Part shown: positions 18,123 through 26,897 of the stretch, in pieces | How the letters are laid out: every line of letters begins with the position of its first letter | Position numbering within the stretch: the first letter of the stretch is position 1 | NCBI GenBank assembly: GCA_016869045.1 | Contig: VGFC01000001.1 | Coordinates: 34,518-98,517 of the forward strand | Source: Armatimonadota bacterium | Lineage (GTDB): Bacteria; Armatimonadota; Zipacnadia; Zipacnadales; VGFC01 | Direction: 5' to 3' | Length of the DNA stretch: 64,000 nucleotides | Notes under the pieces: model-generated | What the model saw: the letters and a program-made list of their open reading frames with translations, nothing else | Database searches by the model: none | What the model was told of the DNA's origin: nothing | Translations under genes and position numbers: made by a program

Positions 18123-19145
18123 TCAATCGTCCATCGACCAGCACTGCAGGCCGGTGAAGTCGAAGGTGAAGTCCAGGATGCGGCCGCCGGCGGCGTCGAG
18201 GGCGCGGCGGACGGAGCCCTCGCGGTCGGGGCCGGCCAGGAACAGCAGGCAGCCGCCGCCGCCCGCGCCACAGATCTTCGCAGCTACCGCGCCCGCCGAG
18301 CGTGCGACCTGCGCGAGATCGGCCATCTGGTCGGTGAGCACGCCGGGCGCGAGCTTCGCGCGAGCCTCGTACTCCTCGTTCAGGAGGTCGGCGAAGCGGC
18401 GCATGTCATGTCCCCGGAGCGCGCGGGCGCCCTCCTGAGCGACGCGCTTCACGGTGTGGAGGCTCTCGGTCACGGTGGGCTCTCCGCTCTCATAGGCGGC
18501 GATCATCCTCGCGTTCGTATCGCCGGAGAGGCGCGACTGACCCGAGTAGCAGAGCACCAGGTGTTTCTCCAGGTCGGCCACCAGCGCCGGGCTCACCTCG
18601 ATGCGCTCCACCGATACATGGTCGCCGTGGAACTCCATGTAGTTGATCCCGCCGACGGCGGCGGCGTACTGATCCTGTTTGCCGCCGACGATGCCCATTT
18701 CGTCTTCGAGGCCGCAGGCCATCTCGGCGAGTTCGTAGCGGCTGAGGCGGTCCCTGGGGTCGCCGATCAAGGCGCGGCGGTGCTCGAGGAGGGCAAGGAG
18801 AGCGACGCCGACGGAGGCGGAGGAGCCGGTGCCCGAGCCCGGCGGGGCGTCCGTACGGACCTTGATCGAGACGCCGGCGTCGACTCCAAAGCGCTTGATG
18901 GCGAGCGTGAGGAGTTGGAGGCTGCTGCGCTGCTCGATCTCCTTGATGTCTCTGGCCTCGACGTATTCCCGCAGATCATCGGAGTCGATGCGGAGGCCGT
19001 TCGGTTGCTCCTGCAGCGTGCAGTAGGCGTACCGCGCGATGGCGCCGCTCAACACCGCGCCGACCTCGCGGTCCCGGAAGGCCTTCAGGTCGGTCGTGCC
19101 GCCGGCGAAGTCGATGCGCACGGGCGCTCGGCTGCGTAACACCAT
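18123..19145 (-). CDS. GHMP-family sugar kinase
   Basis: ATP-binding motif DAPPGSGTGSSASVGVALL and C-terminal GAGGGGCLLFLA. Confidence 0.7.
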   Translation of the reverse strand: MVLRSRAPVRIDFAGGTTDLKAFRDREVGAVLSGAIARYAYCTLQEQPNGLRIDSDDLREYVEARDIKEIEQRSSLQLLTLAIKRFGVDAGVSIKVRTDAPPGSGTGSSASVGVALLALLEHRRALIGDPRDRLSRYELAEMACGLEDEMGIVGGKQDQYAAAVGGINYMEFHGDHVSVERIEVSPALVADLEKHLVLCYSGQSRLSGDTNARMIAAYESGEPTVTESLHTVKRVAQEGARALRGHDMRRFADLLNEEYEARAKLAPGVLTDQMADLAQVARSAGAVAAKICGAGGGGCLLFLAGPDREGSVRRALDAAGGRILDFTFDFTGLQCWSMDD

Positions 19146-19164
19146 GTTGTGCCCCTCCAGGGCC

Positions 19165-19258
19165 CCCGGTTCGGCGTTCGGGGTTCAGGGTTCGGGGTTC
19201 CGGCCACGTCACGCAGGTCGTGAACTGCCAACGCCGAACCCCGAACGCCGAACCGCCA
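19165..19258. promoter_or_regulatory. long inverted repeat (19-bp perfect arms, ~50-nt spacer) upstream of the GHMP kinase gene / downstream of uxaA-like
   Basis: ggttcggcgttcggggttc at 19168-19186 pairs with gaaccccgaacgccgaacc at 19237-19255. The flanking ggttcgg repeats extend the stem. Confidence 0.5.
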
Positions 19259-19264
19259 TAGCCG

Positions 19265-20428
19265 TTACACCGTCGGGCCGATGCGATGGATCGCGAACTC
19301 GCGGTGGCCGTTACGCTCGGCGGCGGTCAGTTCGCCGGAGGCCACGCGGACGATGAGTTCCAGCAGCTGCGCGCCGACCTCGTTCACGGGCGTGCCGTGG
19401 CTGAGGATCACACCCGCATCAAGGTCCATGTCGTCGGTCATGCGCTCATACAACGCGGTCGTCGTGGACACCTTTACCACAGGAGCGACCGACGAGCCAA
19501 TGGGGCTGCCTCGGCCGGTGCTGAAGGCGACCACCTGGGCGCCGCCGGCGAGCATCCCCGTGATCTGCTCCACATCCTGGCCGGGCGTGTCCATCAGGAC
19601 CAGGCCTCGACGGGTGGGCCGGGCCCCATACTCGACCACCTCTTGCACAACACTCGTGCCCCCCTTGTGGATGCAGCCGAGGGACTTCTCCTCCAGCGTC
19701 GTGATCCCGCCGCGCATGTTGCCAGGGGTCGGGTTGCCCCCGCGAATGTCGGCGCCGTAGTCGATCACGCGCTGCTCCATGCGCCGCACGACGCGCAAGA
19801 CGTCCTCCGCCACCTCGGCGTCCCGTGCGCGCTGGGCGAGGAGGTGCTCGGCGCCGATGAGTTCAGTCGTCTCCGCCAGGATCACCGTGCCGCCGGCTTC
19901 CACGAGGAGGTCAGCGGCGGCGCCCATCGCCGGGTTGGCGGTGACCCCGGACCACCCATCGGAGCCGCCGCACTCGGTGGCGAGCATGAGGTCGGAAAGC
20001 GGGAACTCCTCGCGCGGCTGGCGAGAGGCCTCGGCGACCATCTCCCGCGCGTATTCGACGCCGAGAGCCACCGACTTGCGCGTGCCGCCGACGTCCTGGA
20101 TGTCGAAGGCCTTCACGGGCTTGCCCGAGGGCTGGATCGCCTCCAGAAGCTCGCTCGAGGGCACGGCCTCGCAGCCCAGGCCGATCGCGACGACGCCGAA
20201 GACATTGGGGTTACAGCCAAGCCCCGCGAGGACCTGCGCGGTCAGGTCACGATCGGGCCCGATCTGCGAGCAGCCGACCTGATTCTCCGCGCAGACGGCC
20301 CCGGGGACGGCGTCGGCGACCTGCCGAGCCACATCGGTCGAGCACACCACCGAGGGCAGGATCAGGACATGGTTGCGGACCCCCGGCAGGCCTGTCGCCC
20401 GTCGGAAGCCGAGGAAGCTACAGCTCAA
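19265..20428 (-). CDS. UxaA-family (altronate/galactarate dehydratase C-terminal domain) hydro-lyase lacking the N-terminal SAF domain
   Basis: Family N-terminus FLGFRRATGLPGVRNHVLIL plus Cys-rich core. Proposed TTG start at 20428 overlaps the tsaC stop by 11 nt. No in-frame ATG upstream of the conserved N-terminus. Confidence 0.55.
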   Translation of the reverse strand: MSCSFLGFRRATGLPGVRNHVLILPSVVCSTDVARQVADAVPGAVCAENQVGCSQIGPDRDLTAQVLAGLGCNPNVFGVVAIGLGCEAVPSSELLEAIQPSGKPVKAFDIQDVGGTRKSVALGVEYAREMVAEASRQPREEFPLSDLMLATECGGSDGWSGVTANPAMGAAADLLVEAGGTVILAETTELIGAEHLLAQRARDAEVAEDVLRVVRRMEQRVIDYGADIRGGNPTPGNMRGGITTLEEKSLGCIHKGGTSVVQEVVEYGARPTRRGLVLMDTPGQDVEQITGMLAGGAQVVAFSTGRGSPIGSSVAPVVKVSTTTALYERMTDDMDLDAGVILSHGTPVNEVGAQLLELIVRVASGELTAAERNGHREFAIHRIGPTV

Positions 20429-21086
20429 GGAACGGGTCCTTCCACGGCGAGACGACCTCGCCGATGACGGATTGCAGCTGCTCCAACGTAATCGCCCCCT
20501 GGCGCAGCAGGCGCGGAGGGGACTTGGTGAGGTCGATGACGGTCGAGGGTACCCCGCTCGCCGGGACTTCCAGGTCGATGAGCACGTCCAGCCAGGGCCC
20601 GAGTGTGCGGAGCACGTCCTCGGCGCTGATCGTGCTCTCCTCACCAGACAGGTTCGCGCTCGTGACAGCCATCGGGCCCGACATCTCCGACAGAAGCACC
20701 CTAGCCAGCATCAGGTCCGGCTCGCGGACGCCGACCGTGTCGCCTCCGGCGACCGCCTCGGGGCAGATCCGGTTGGAGCGAGGCACGACAATGGTCAAGG
20801 CTCCCGGCCAGAACTCCCTGGCGAGTGCCAGCGCGGCATCCGGAGGCGCGGGCGGAGGGCAGCACTGAAGGAGACCGGTCGGGCCTCCGGTCAGCACGGG
20901 CAGGGGTTTCGTGGGGGGGCGGCGTTTGGCCTCGAAGAGACGGAGGACCGCCTCCGGGTTGCCGGCGTCACAGCCGACGCCATAGACCGTATCCGTAGGG
21001 AACGCGATCAGGCCGCCGCGCTCGAAGGCCTTCCGGCAGACCTCCTGCTCGGCGTCCGAGAGATAGACCACGCTCCCGGGCCGCAT
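20418..21086 (-). CDS. tsaC: L-threonylcarbamoyladenylate synthase (TsaC/YrdC/Sua5 family)
   Basis: Start MRPGSVVYLSDAEQEV... Conserved motifs KAFERGGLIAFPTDTVYGVGCDA and TSANLSGE. Confidence 0.75.
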   Translation of the reverse strand: MRPGSVVYLSDAEQEVCRKAFERGGLIAFPTDTVYGVGCDAGNPEAVLRLFEAKRRPPTKPLPVLTGGPTGLLQCCPPPAPPDAALALAREFWPGALTIVVPRSNRICPEAVAGGDTVGVREPDLMLARVLLSEMSGPMAVTSANLSGEESTISAEDVLRTLGPWLDVLIDLEVPASGVPSTVIDLTKSPPRLLRQGAITLEQLQSVIGEVVSPWKDPFLEL

Positions 21087-21105
21087 GATGATCGGCCCGC
21101 CGCTT

Positions 21106-22296
21106 TCACCGGGACTGTGCGATGACGACTCGGTCGATGCCACTGAGGTCCTTCAGGATGCGAGTGTCGAAGGTCGGCCAGGCGGTTGCGCACAGGTCCC
21201 GGACAGTTGCCGCCTGTCCGAGGCCGACCTCCAACGCGACCAGACGCACGTTCGGGAGGTACCGCGCGCATTCCGGGATCAGCCGCTCGTAGACGCCCGT
21301 CCCGGCCTCCCCCTCGCCCAGCCACGCAGGCTTCGGCTCGTGCGCGGCGACCTCGGGAGGCAACGCAGCCACGTCCCGCAGAGCCACGTAGGGCGGGTTC
21401 GACACCACGCACGTGATCTCCTCGGTGAGGCCTGCGGCGAGGACGGGGTCGAGGTCCGGGCCTTCAGCAAACCGGACGCGGTCGGGGAGGCCGAGCGCCT
21501 CGGCGTTCTCGCGCGCAAGGGCCAAGGCGTCTGACGAGATGTCCGTGAGGATGACCCGAGCCTCGGGTAGGAGTGCGGCAAGGGAAAGGCCGATGGCGCC
21601 GGTGCCAGCGCCGAGGTCGAGGATGGCCGTTGTGGGGGCGGACCCATGATTGTGTTGACAAAGGCGGTGTCGGGATTGGCATCCCGACCTACGAGCCACG
21701 TAGACGGTGTAGGAAGAGTGCTTCTCCTCGACGGAGTGGTTTCCCAACAAAATCCCATGTGTTCGCCCATGTCCGGCCGTTGTAGGGGCGGACACGTGAT
21801 TGTGTTGAGAAAGGCAGTGTCGGGACTGGAATCCCGACCTACGAGACACGTGCGGCCCGCAGGAGAGGCGTCCTTCCTCGACAGAGCCCTTCTTCAACAC
21901 AATCCCGTGCGTCCGCCCCGGCCCGGCCGAGGAGGGGCGGACACGTGGGTCCGCCCCTACAACGGCATTGACCAAGACCTCGGTCTCGGGGCGGGGGACG
22001 AGGGCGCGTTCGTCGCAGCGAAAGCGGAGCCCCATGAACTCGGTGTAGCCGGTCACGTAGGCGAGGGGGCGGCGAGAGGCGCGTTCGGCAGCGAGGGCCG
22101 AGAAACGGGCACGAACGGCTGTGTCCAGAGGGCTGCGCAGGAGCAGGTCGAGGCGCGTCAGGGGGACGTCGAGTGCGTGAGCGAGGAGGATGCGGGCGTC
22201 CGTGAGGGGGCTGTCCACTCCCGCGGCCTGGAGTCGGGCGACGGCCTCGTTCAGGGCATCGCGCACCGACGGGGCGTGGGTCATTGCCGTCACCAC
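21106..22296 (-). CDS. prmC: release-factor glutamine N5-methyltransferase PrmC/HemK carrying a ~110-codon in-frame insertion of palindromic MITE-like elements
   Basis: ILDLGAGTGAIGLSLA (motif I) and VVSNPPYV (NPPY) are intact, and the gene is immediately downstream of prfA. The region 21633-21960 between the N-domain and MTase domain is two tandem ~140-bp TIR-bounded elements, read through without stops. Confidence 0.8.
   Translation of the reverse strand: MVTAMTHAPSVRDALNEAVARLQAAGVDSPLTDARILLAHALDVPLTRLDLLLRSPLDTAVRARFSALAAERASRRPLAYVTGYTEFMGLRFRCDERALVPRPETEVLVNAVVGADPRVRPSSAGPGRTHGIVLKKGSVEEGRLSCGPHVSRRSGFQSRHCLSQHNHVSAPTTAGHGRTHGILLGNHSVEEKHSSYTVYVARRSGCQSRHRLCQHNHGSAPTTAILDLGAGTGAIGLSLAALLPEARVILTDISSDALALARENAEALGLPDRVRFAEGPDLDPVLAAGLTEEITCVVSNPPYVALRDVAALPPEVAAHEPKPAWLGEGEAGTGVYERLIPECARYLPNVRLVALEVGLGQAATVRDLCATAWPTFDTRILKDLSGIDRVVIAQSR
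21633..21960. mobile_element. two tandem MITE-like elements (~138 bp each, TIR GGGGCGGAC(C/A)C(A/G)TG(A)TTGTGTTGA...) plus a 30-bp solo palindrome, inserted in-frame in prmC
   Basis: Element 1 is ~21633-21770, element 2 ~21783-21919, each with terminal inverted repeats and an internal hairpin (gtcgggaYtggMatcccgac). A solo palindrome ggaggggcggacacgtgggtccgcccctac lies at 21931-21960. Confidence 0.75.
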
Positions 22297-22324
22297 CAGA
22301 TCGCGATCCGCGATACCAAGCCCA

Positions 22325-22378
22325 GGGCGCCATGAATGGCGCCCCTACACGGTCGGGCGCGATGAATCGCGCCCCTAC
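22325..22378 (-). repeat. REP-like doublet (reverse orientation)
   Basis: gggcgccatgaatggcgcccctac at 22325-22348 and gggcgcgatgaatcgcgcccctac at 22355-22378, between prmC and prfA. Confidence 0.9.
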
Positions 22379-22414
22379 GTGGGGACGGCTGGGACGGGAA
22401 CCGCGGGTTCCCAT

Positions 22415-23509
22415 TCAGCGGGCGGTCGAGTCGCCGACGGCGGCCTCGGCGAGCCGGCGCTCGTAGTCGGCCTTGGCCAGCGCGTCCAGCAGTTCGTCGA
22501 TGTTCCCCTGCAGGAGCGAGGGCAGGTTGTGCAGCGTCAGGCCGATCCGATGGTCCGTCAACCGATCCTGCGGCCAGTTGTAGGTTCGAAGCTTGTCGGA
22601 GCGGTCGCCGGACTTGACGTGCTGGCGGCGGGCAGCGGCCTCCTCCTCGCGGCGGGTCGCGAGCTGCAGGTCCAGGAGCTTGGAGCGAAGGATGCGGAAG
22701 GCCTGCTCGCGGTTCTGGTGCTGAGAGCGCTCGTTCTGGCAGGAGACGACGAGGCCGCTGGGCTTGTGGCGGACGCGGACGGCAGTGTCGTTCTTCTGGA
22801 CGTGCTGGCCGCCGGCGCCGGAGGCGCCGAAGGTCTGCACTTCGCAGTCGGCGGGATCGATCCGGACATCGACCTCCTCGGCCTCGGGGAGGACGGCGAC
22901 CGTCGCGGCCGAGGTGTGGATGCGCCCCTGGGACTCCGTGACCGGCACGCGCTGGACGCGGTGCACGCCGCTCTCGCTCTTCAGCCGGCCGTAGGCGCCC
23001 TTGCCATTGACCGCCAGGACGACCTCCTTGTAGCCGCCCATGCCGCTGGGGCTGCTGTCGAGCACCTCCGGCTTCCACCTCATCCGCTCGGCATAGGCGC
23101 TGTACATGCCGAGCAGGTCGGCCGCGAAAAGCGCCGCTTCCTCGCCGCCCGTGCCCGCGCGAATCTCGACGATGCAGTGCTTCTCATCGGCCTCGTCCTT
23201 GGGCACGAGGATGGCGAGCACGGCGGCCTCGGCGGTCTGGGCGCGCTGTTGGGCGCTCTCAAGCTCCTCCTGGTAGAACTCGCGCTCCTCGTCGTCGGCG
23301 GCGTCCGCCAGGCCCTTCTCAGCCTCCTCGGCGTCGGCGAGAGCCGCCCGGTAGGCGCGGACGTGCTCGACCGCCGTCGCCAACTCCGAGTGGCGGATGC
23401 TCGTGTCACGGAAGAGGTGCTGGTCGCCAATGACGGCCGGATCGGCCAGCCGGCGCTCCAGCTCGTGGTACTCCTCCTCAATGGCATCCAGGGCGGCGAC
23501 GTCGATCAA
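22415..23509 (-). CDS. prfA: peptide chain release factor 1
   Basis: GGQ motif in TFGASGAGGQHVQKNDTAVR. Conserved RF1 domains. Classic prfA-prmC gene order. Confidence 0.9.
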   Translation of the reverse strand: MIDVAALDAIEEEYHELERRLADPAVIGDQHLFRDTSIRHSELATAVEHVRAYRAALADAEEAEKGLADAADDEEREFYQEELESAQQRAQTAEAAVLAILVPKDEADEKHCIVEIRAGTGGEEAALFAADLLGMYSAYAERMRWKPEVLDSSPSGMGGYKEVVLAVNGKGAYGRLKSESGVHRVQRVPVTESQGRIHTSAATVAVLPEAEEVDVRIDPADCEVQTFGASGAGGQHVQKNDTAVRVRHKPSGLVVSCQNERSQHQNREQAFRILRSKLLDLQLATRREEEAAARRQHVKSGDRSDKLRTYNWPQDRLTDHRIGLTLHNLPSLLQGNIDELLDALAKADYERRLAEAAVGDSTAR

Positions 23510-23623
23510 CGGAGCGTCTCCTGTCTCGGGTCTCTGGTCTCACGTCTCGCGTCTGCAGTTCGTGGTCCGTGGTCTGCAGTCTGCGGTCTGCAGTCTGAGA
23601 GCGTGTATGAAAAGCACGGCCTG

Positions 23624-23757
23624 GGGCGTGATGAATCACGCCCCTACACTCGGGCACGATGAATCGTGCCCCTACACAACGGCGATTTACGGTCGTTTGT
23701 GACGTAGGGGCGCGATTCATCGCGCCCAGTCATGTAGGGGCGCCATTCATGGCGCCC
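23624..23757. repeat. REP-like quartet: two reverse-orientation units followed by two forward units (REPIN-like inverted arrangement)
   Basis: Units at 23624-23647(-), 23652-23675(-), 23704-23727(+), 23734-23757(+). The first two are sequence variants (gggcgtgatgaatcacgcccctac, gggcacgatgaatcgtgcccctac) with compensatory changes. Confidence 0.85.
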
Positions 23758-23794
23758 GGCCACCCTTCTCATACGCGCTCTGAGGTCCGCCGTC

Positions 23795-24997
23795 TCAGGT
23801 CCGAGGACTTGCCGGCTCGAACTCGGCCGGTGCGGGCCAGGAGGCCGGAAGCGACACCTCGGGTGCGACGGCGGCCAGGGCGTACATCGCCACCTGGATC
23901 ATGGGCGCTTCGGGCTCGCGGGTCGTCAGGCGCTGCAGGAGCAGGCCCGGCGCGGACACGGCTCGCACGATGGGTGAGTTCCGGTGCTTCCCCGCGAACC
24001 GGGTCGCCTCGAAAGCCAGAGCCGCCACGACGGGCACCATCGCCAGGCGTAGCGCAAGGCGCACATACCAGACGGGCCACCCGAAGAAGCAGCCCACGAT
24101 GACCTTCAACACAATGAACAGCAGCAGGAAGGCCGTGCCGCAGCGCGGATGCAGTGGGCTGTTCCGCGAGGCCGCTTCCTCGTCGGCGGTGCCCTCGATC
24201 TCCAGCGCGTTGATGACCTTGTGCTCGGCGCCGTGGTACTGGAAGACCCGCCGGACCTGCTTCATCTGGCCGATCGCGGCGATGTACCCCAGGATGACGG
24301 CGAGGCGGATTGCACCCTCGAGCAGGTTCTTGAGCACCGCCACGCCGTAGCCGCCCTCGACCCTCGCCAACCCCGCCAGCCAGCTCGGAAGCAGCACGAA
24401 CAGCCCGATCCCGATGGCGAAAGCCGGCAGCATCGCCAGCCACAAGGCCGAGTCGTCGAGGCCCTGCGGGGACGGCTCGGCCTTCGAACGCGGCCAGAGC
24501 AGCATCACCACCACCAGCAGCGCGAAGGCGGCGACGACGAGGACGCGGATCGCCTCCAGAGCTTCGCTCGAGGTCGTACCGGCCGGCATCAGGCCGGTCA
24601 GGCGAGGGACCAGCTTCGGCGCCAGGAACCGGTAGCACACCCCGCCGACCGCCGCCACAACCAACGCCTCCAGCCACCGGCCCCGCGAACGGGCGGGCTT
24701 CGGCGCGACCGGTTCAGCGGGCTTCTCCGCCTCGGCCGCCGCCTCGTCCTGCAGGGCGACATTGCCGGAGAACTGCAGGCTGCGAATCCCGAGGGTGAGG
24801 GCCTCGACCAGCGCGAAGCTCCCGCGGATCAGCGGCCACTTCGCGATCCGCCAGCCCTCCAGGAAGTGAGGCACCGGCCGGCGATCGACGACTACACTGC
24901 CGTCGCGACGGCGGACCGCGGTCGCATACACGTCGCGCCCGCGCATCATGACGCCCTCGATGACAGCCTGTCCGCCGTAGAAACGGGTCTCAGCCAC
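23795..24997 (-). CDS. DUF1385-domain (YqhQ-like) membrane protein
   Basis: GTG start gives MAETRFYGGQAVIEGVMMRG, the family N-terminus. Later QYHGAEHKVINA motif and TM helices. Upstream part of track ORF 23795..25354 is read-through. Confidence 0.65.
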   Translation of the reverse strand: MAETRFYGGQAVIEGVMMRGRDVYATAVRRRDGSVVVDRRPVPHFLEGWRIAKWPLIRGSFALVEALTLGIRSLQFSGNVALQDEAAAEAEKPAEPVAPKPARSRGRWLEALVVAAVGGVCYRFLAPKLVPRLTGLMPAGTTSSEALEAIRVLVVAAFALLVVVMLLWPRSKAEPSPQGLDDSALWLAMLPAFAIGIGLFVLLPSWLAGLARVEGGYGVAVLKNLLEGAIRLAVILGYIAAIGQMKQVRRVFQYHGAEHKVINALEIEGTADEEAASRNSPLHPRCGTAFLLLFIVLKVIVGCFFGWPVWYVRLALRLAMVPVVAALAFEATRFAGKHRNSPIVRAVSAPGLLLQRLTTREPEAPMIQVAMYALAAVAPEVSLPASWPAPAEFEPASPRT

Positions 24998-25133
24998 GGT
25001 GAGGCCTGGGAGCGTAGGAGTTTGGGAGTGTAGGAGTCTGGGAGAACGGCCCCCCGGCAACGGCAACAGCCCAGTGCCCTCCACCGCTGCGGACGAGGGC
25101 GTCCGCGCTCCCACGGCGACGGAAACGGCGCCG

Positions 25134-25379
25134 CTACTCTTCGGCCGCTTCCTTCTTCTGCTCCAGGTCGCCGTACTTCTTCTCCAGCCCGTAGCGCTTG
25201 ATGAAGCGCTCGACGCGCCCCTCGGTGTCCACGATCTTTTGCTTGCCCGTGTAGAAGGGATGACACTTCGAGCAGATCTCAACGCGGATCGCCGGCTTGG
25301 TTGAGCGGGTCTGGAACGTCTCTCCGCAGGCACACGTAACCGTGGCCTCGACATAGTCCGGATGGATGCCGGTCTTCAT
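25134..25379 (-). CDS. rpmE: 50S ribosomal protein L31
   Basis: [29 protein letters not shown]...[10 protein letters not shown] matches the Zn-ribbon L31 signature. Confidence 0.9.
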   Translation of the reverse strand: MKTGIHPDYVEATVTCACGETFQTRSTKPAIRVEICSKCHPFYTGKQKIVDTEGRVERFIKRYGLEKKYGDLEQKKEAAEE

Positions 25380-25547
25380 CTCAGTATACCCCTCAGAAGG
25401 CGACGGCGTCGGGCCAGGAAGCCCGACCCAGGAACGATGACATCGCTCGCGTCAATCGCGACGCGGCATTATAGCACTCGGAGGCCGGGTGAGCAAGGAT
25501 TTCGAGACGGAAACGGCGGGAGCCAGGAGACAGAATGACGGCGACCG

Positions 25548-26732
25548 CTAGATGTAGTCGAGGTGATGGTACACCCACGGCGCGTAGGGAAGGGCCGCCG
25601 CCAGGCGCTCGACGGCCTCCGGGGTGCCGTTGCGGATGGTGAGCCACTCCGTGCGGATGGCGGCCTCGATGTCGAGGCGGCGATTCAGGAGCCGGTAGAT
25701 GACCTCGTCCTTCCCTTCGAGCGTGATCTCGCGTTTCGCGTTGGGGCCTTCGTGCAGCGTGCCGTCGGCGAAGGGCGCCCAGAAGTCGATCTTCAGTTCG
25801 TCGAGCAGAGCGAGGTCGGTGCAGACCTTCGTGAACAGCTCGGCCGGCGCCAGTGGCTGGCCCATGATCATCGTGGTGCGCAGGTGCTCCACGTAGCCAA
25901 GCTCTCGGAGAAGCGCCTGGAGCGGGTCCTCGGCGCTGGTCAGCGTGCGGATGGACACCGCCTCTCGCGCGGCGAAGTCGCCCAACGCCAGCAGCGCGTA
26001 GCGGGTATGCTCGGCACTCAGGCCGGCGGCTTCCATGATCGTGAGGTGGTCCCGCTGGTCATCTCTGGTGCGCCGGGCGACGAGGACGTAGGCGCGCAGC
26101 GGTCCCTGTGCGGGATGGCGGATGAGGAACGTCTCCTGGGGCAGCACCTCGTAGATCTGCGAACGCAACTGCTGCTGCCAGTAGGTCGCGTGGCGCTTAG
26201 GGAAACCGCTGAACGCGCCGTACGTGGTCTCGAAGCAGGCCAGCATCTGCGGTTGGAGGGAGACGACGGCGTCCATGCCCTCCACGGAGGCGTCCACCTC
26301 GGTCCGCTGCGGCTCGGCGAGGACCATCGGACGGAGGAAGAGCAGGTCGCGGTGTCCGCTCTTCACGTAGAAGCGATAGCCGTCGCTGCGCTCGGCGCCG
26401 CGGTAGACCATGAGATCGTCGCACCGGCCGCGCAGGAACTCCCTCGCCGCGGCAATGACTGCCGTCCCGATCCCCTTGCCCCGCATGTCCTCCCGCGTGC
26501 CGACGGCGTTCTCGAACGCCGCCTGCACGCAAACGCCCGGCGCGACCTGGAACTCGCGGACGGAGAGCGGGATTGCGCCCACCGGTTGGCCATCCAGGTA
26601 CGCGATCGAGCACGTCATCGACGGGTCCGCAAACCACTGCTGAGGCGTGAGGGGCGGGAAGATCGCGTTCCTGACCTTCAGGATGTCATGCACATCCTCT
26701 GGCGTTGCTTCTCGGCAGACAAGACCATCCAT
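25548..26732 (-). CDS. GNAT-family N-acetyltransferase with C-terminal SCP2-like extension (Eis-like)
   Basis: Start MDGLVCREATPEDVHDIL within track ORF 25548..27305. GNAT motif RGKGIGTAVIAAAREF. About 394 aa. Confidence 0.55.
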   Translation of the reverse strand: MDGLVCREATPEDVHDILKVRNAIFPPLTPQQWFADPSMTCSIAYLDGQPVGAIPLSVREFQVAPGVCVQAAFENAVGTREDMRGKGIGTAVIAAAREFLRGRCDDLMVYRGAERSDGYRFYVKSGHRDLLFLRPMVLAEPQRTEVDASVEGMDAVVSLQPQMLACFETTYGAFSGFPKRHATYWQQQLRSQIYEVLPQETFLIRHPAQGPLRAYVLVARRTRDDQRDHLTIMEAAGLSAEHTRYALLALGDFAAREAVSIRTLTSAEDPLQALLRELGYVEHLRTTMIMGQPLAPAELFTKVCTDLALLDELKIDFWAPFADGTLHEGPNAKREITLEGKDEVIYRLLNRRLDIEAAIRTEWLTIRNGTPEAVERLAAALPYAPWVYHHLDYI

Positions 26733-26897
26733 CGGGCACCTCTGGCATGGGACGGCTTGGGATAACCACGAAATACACGAAACACACGAAATGCACCAAG
26801 GGAAACGGCACGGCTCAGAGGAGGTTCGGCGGCAGGGATTGGGTGACCTTGGAGCGAATGCGTGGGCTCCACGAGTTCGGAGTTCCTGAGAGAGGCG

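Noticed and set aside
23769-24677. Alternative minus-strand frame (302 aa) overlapping the DUF1385 gene
   Set aside because: Shadow frame. The DUF1385 frame carries the family motifs and TM helices.
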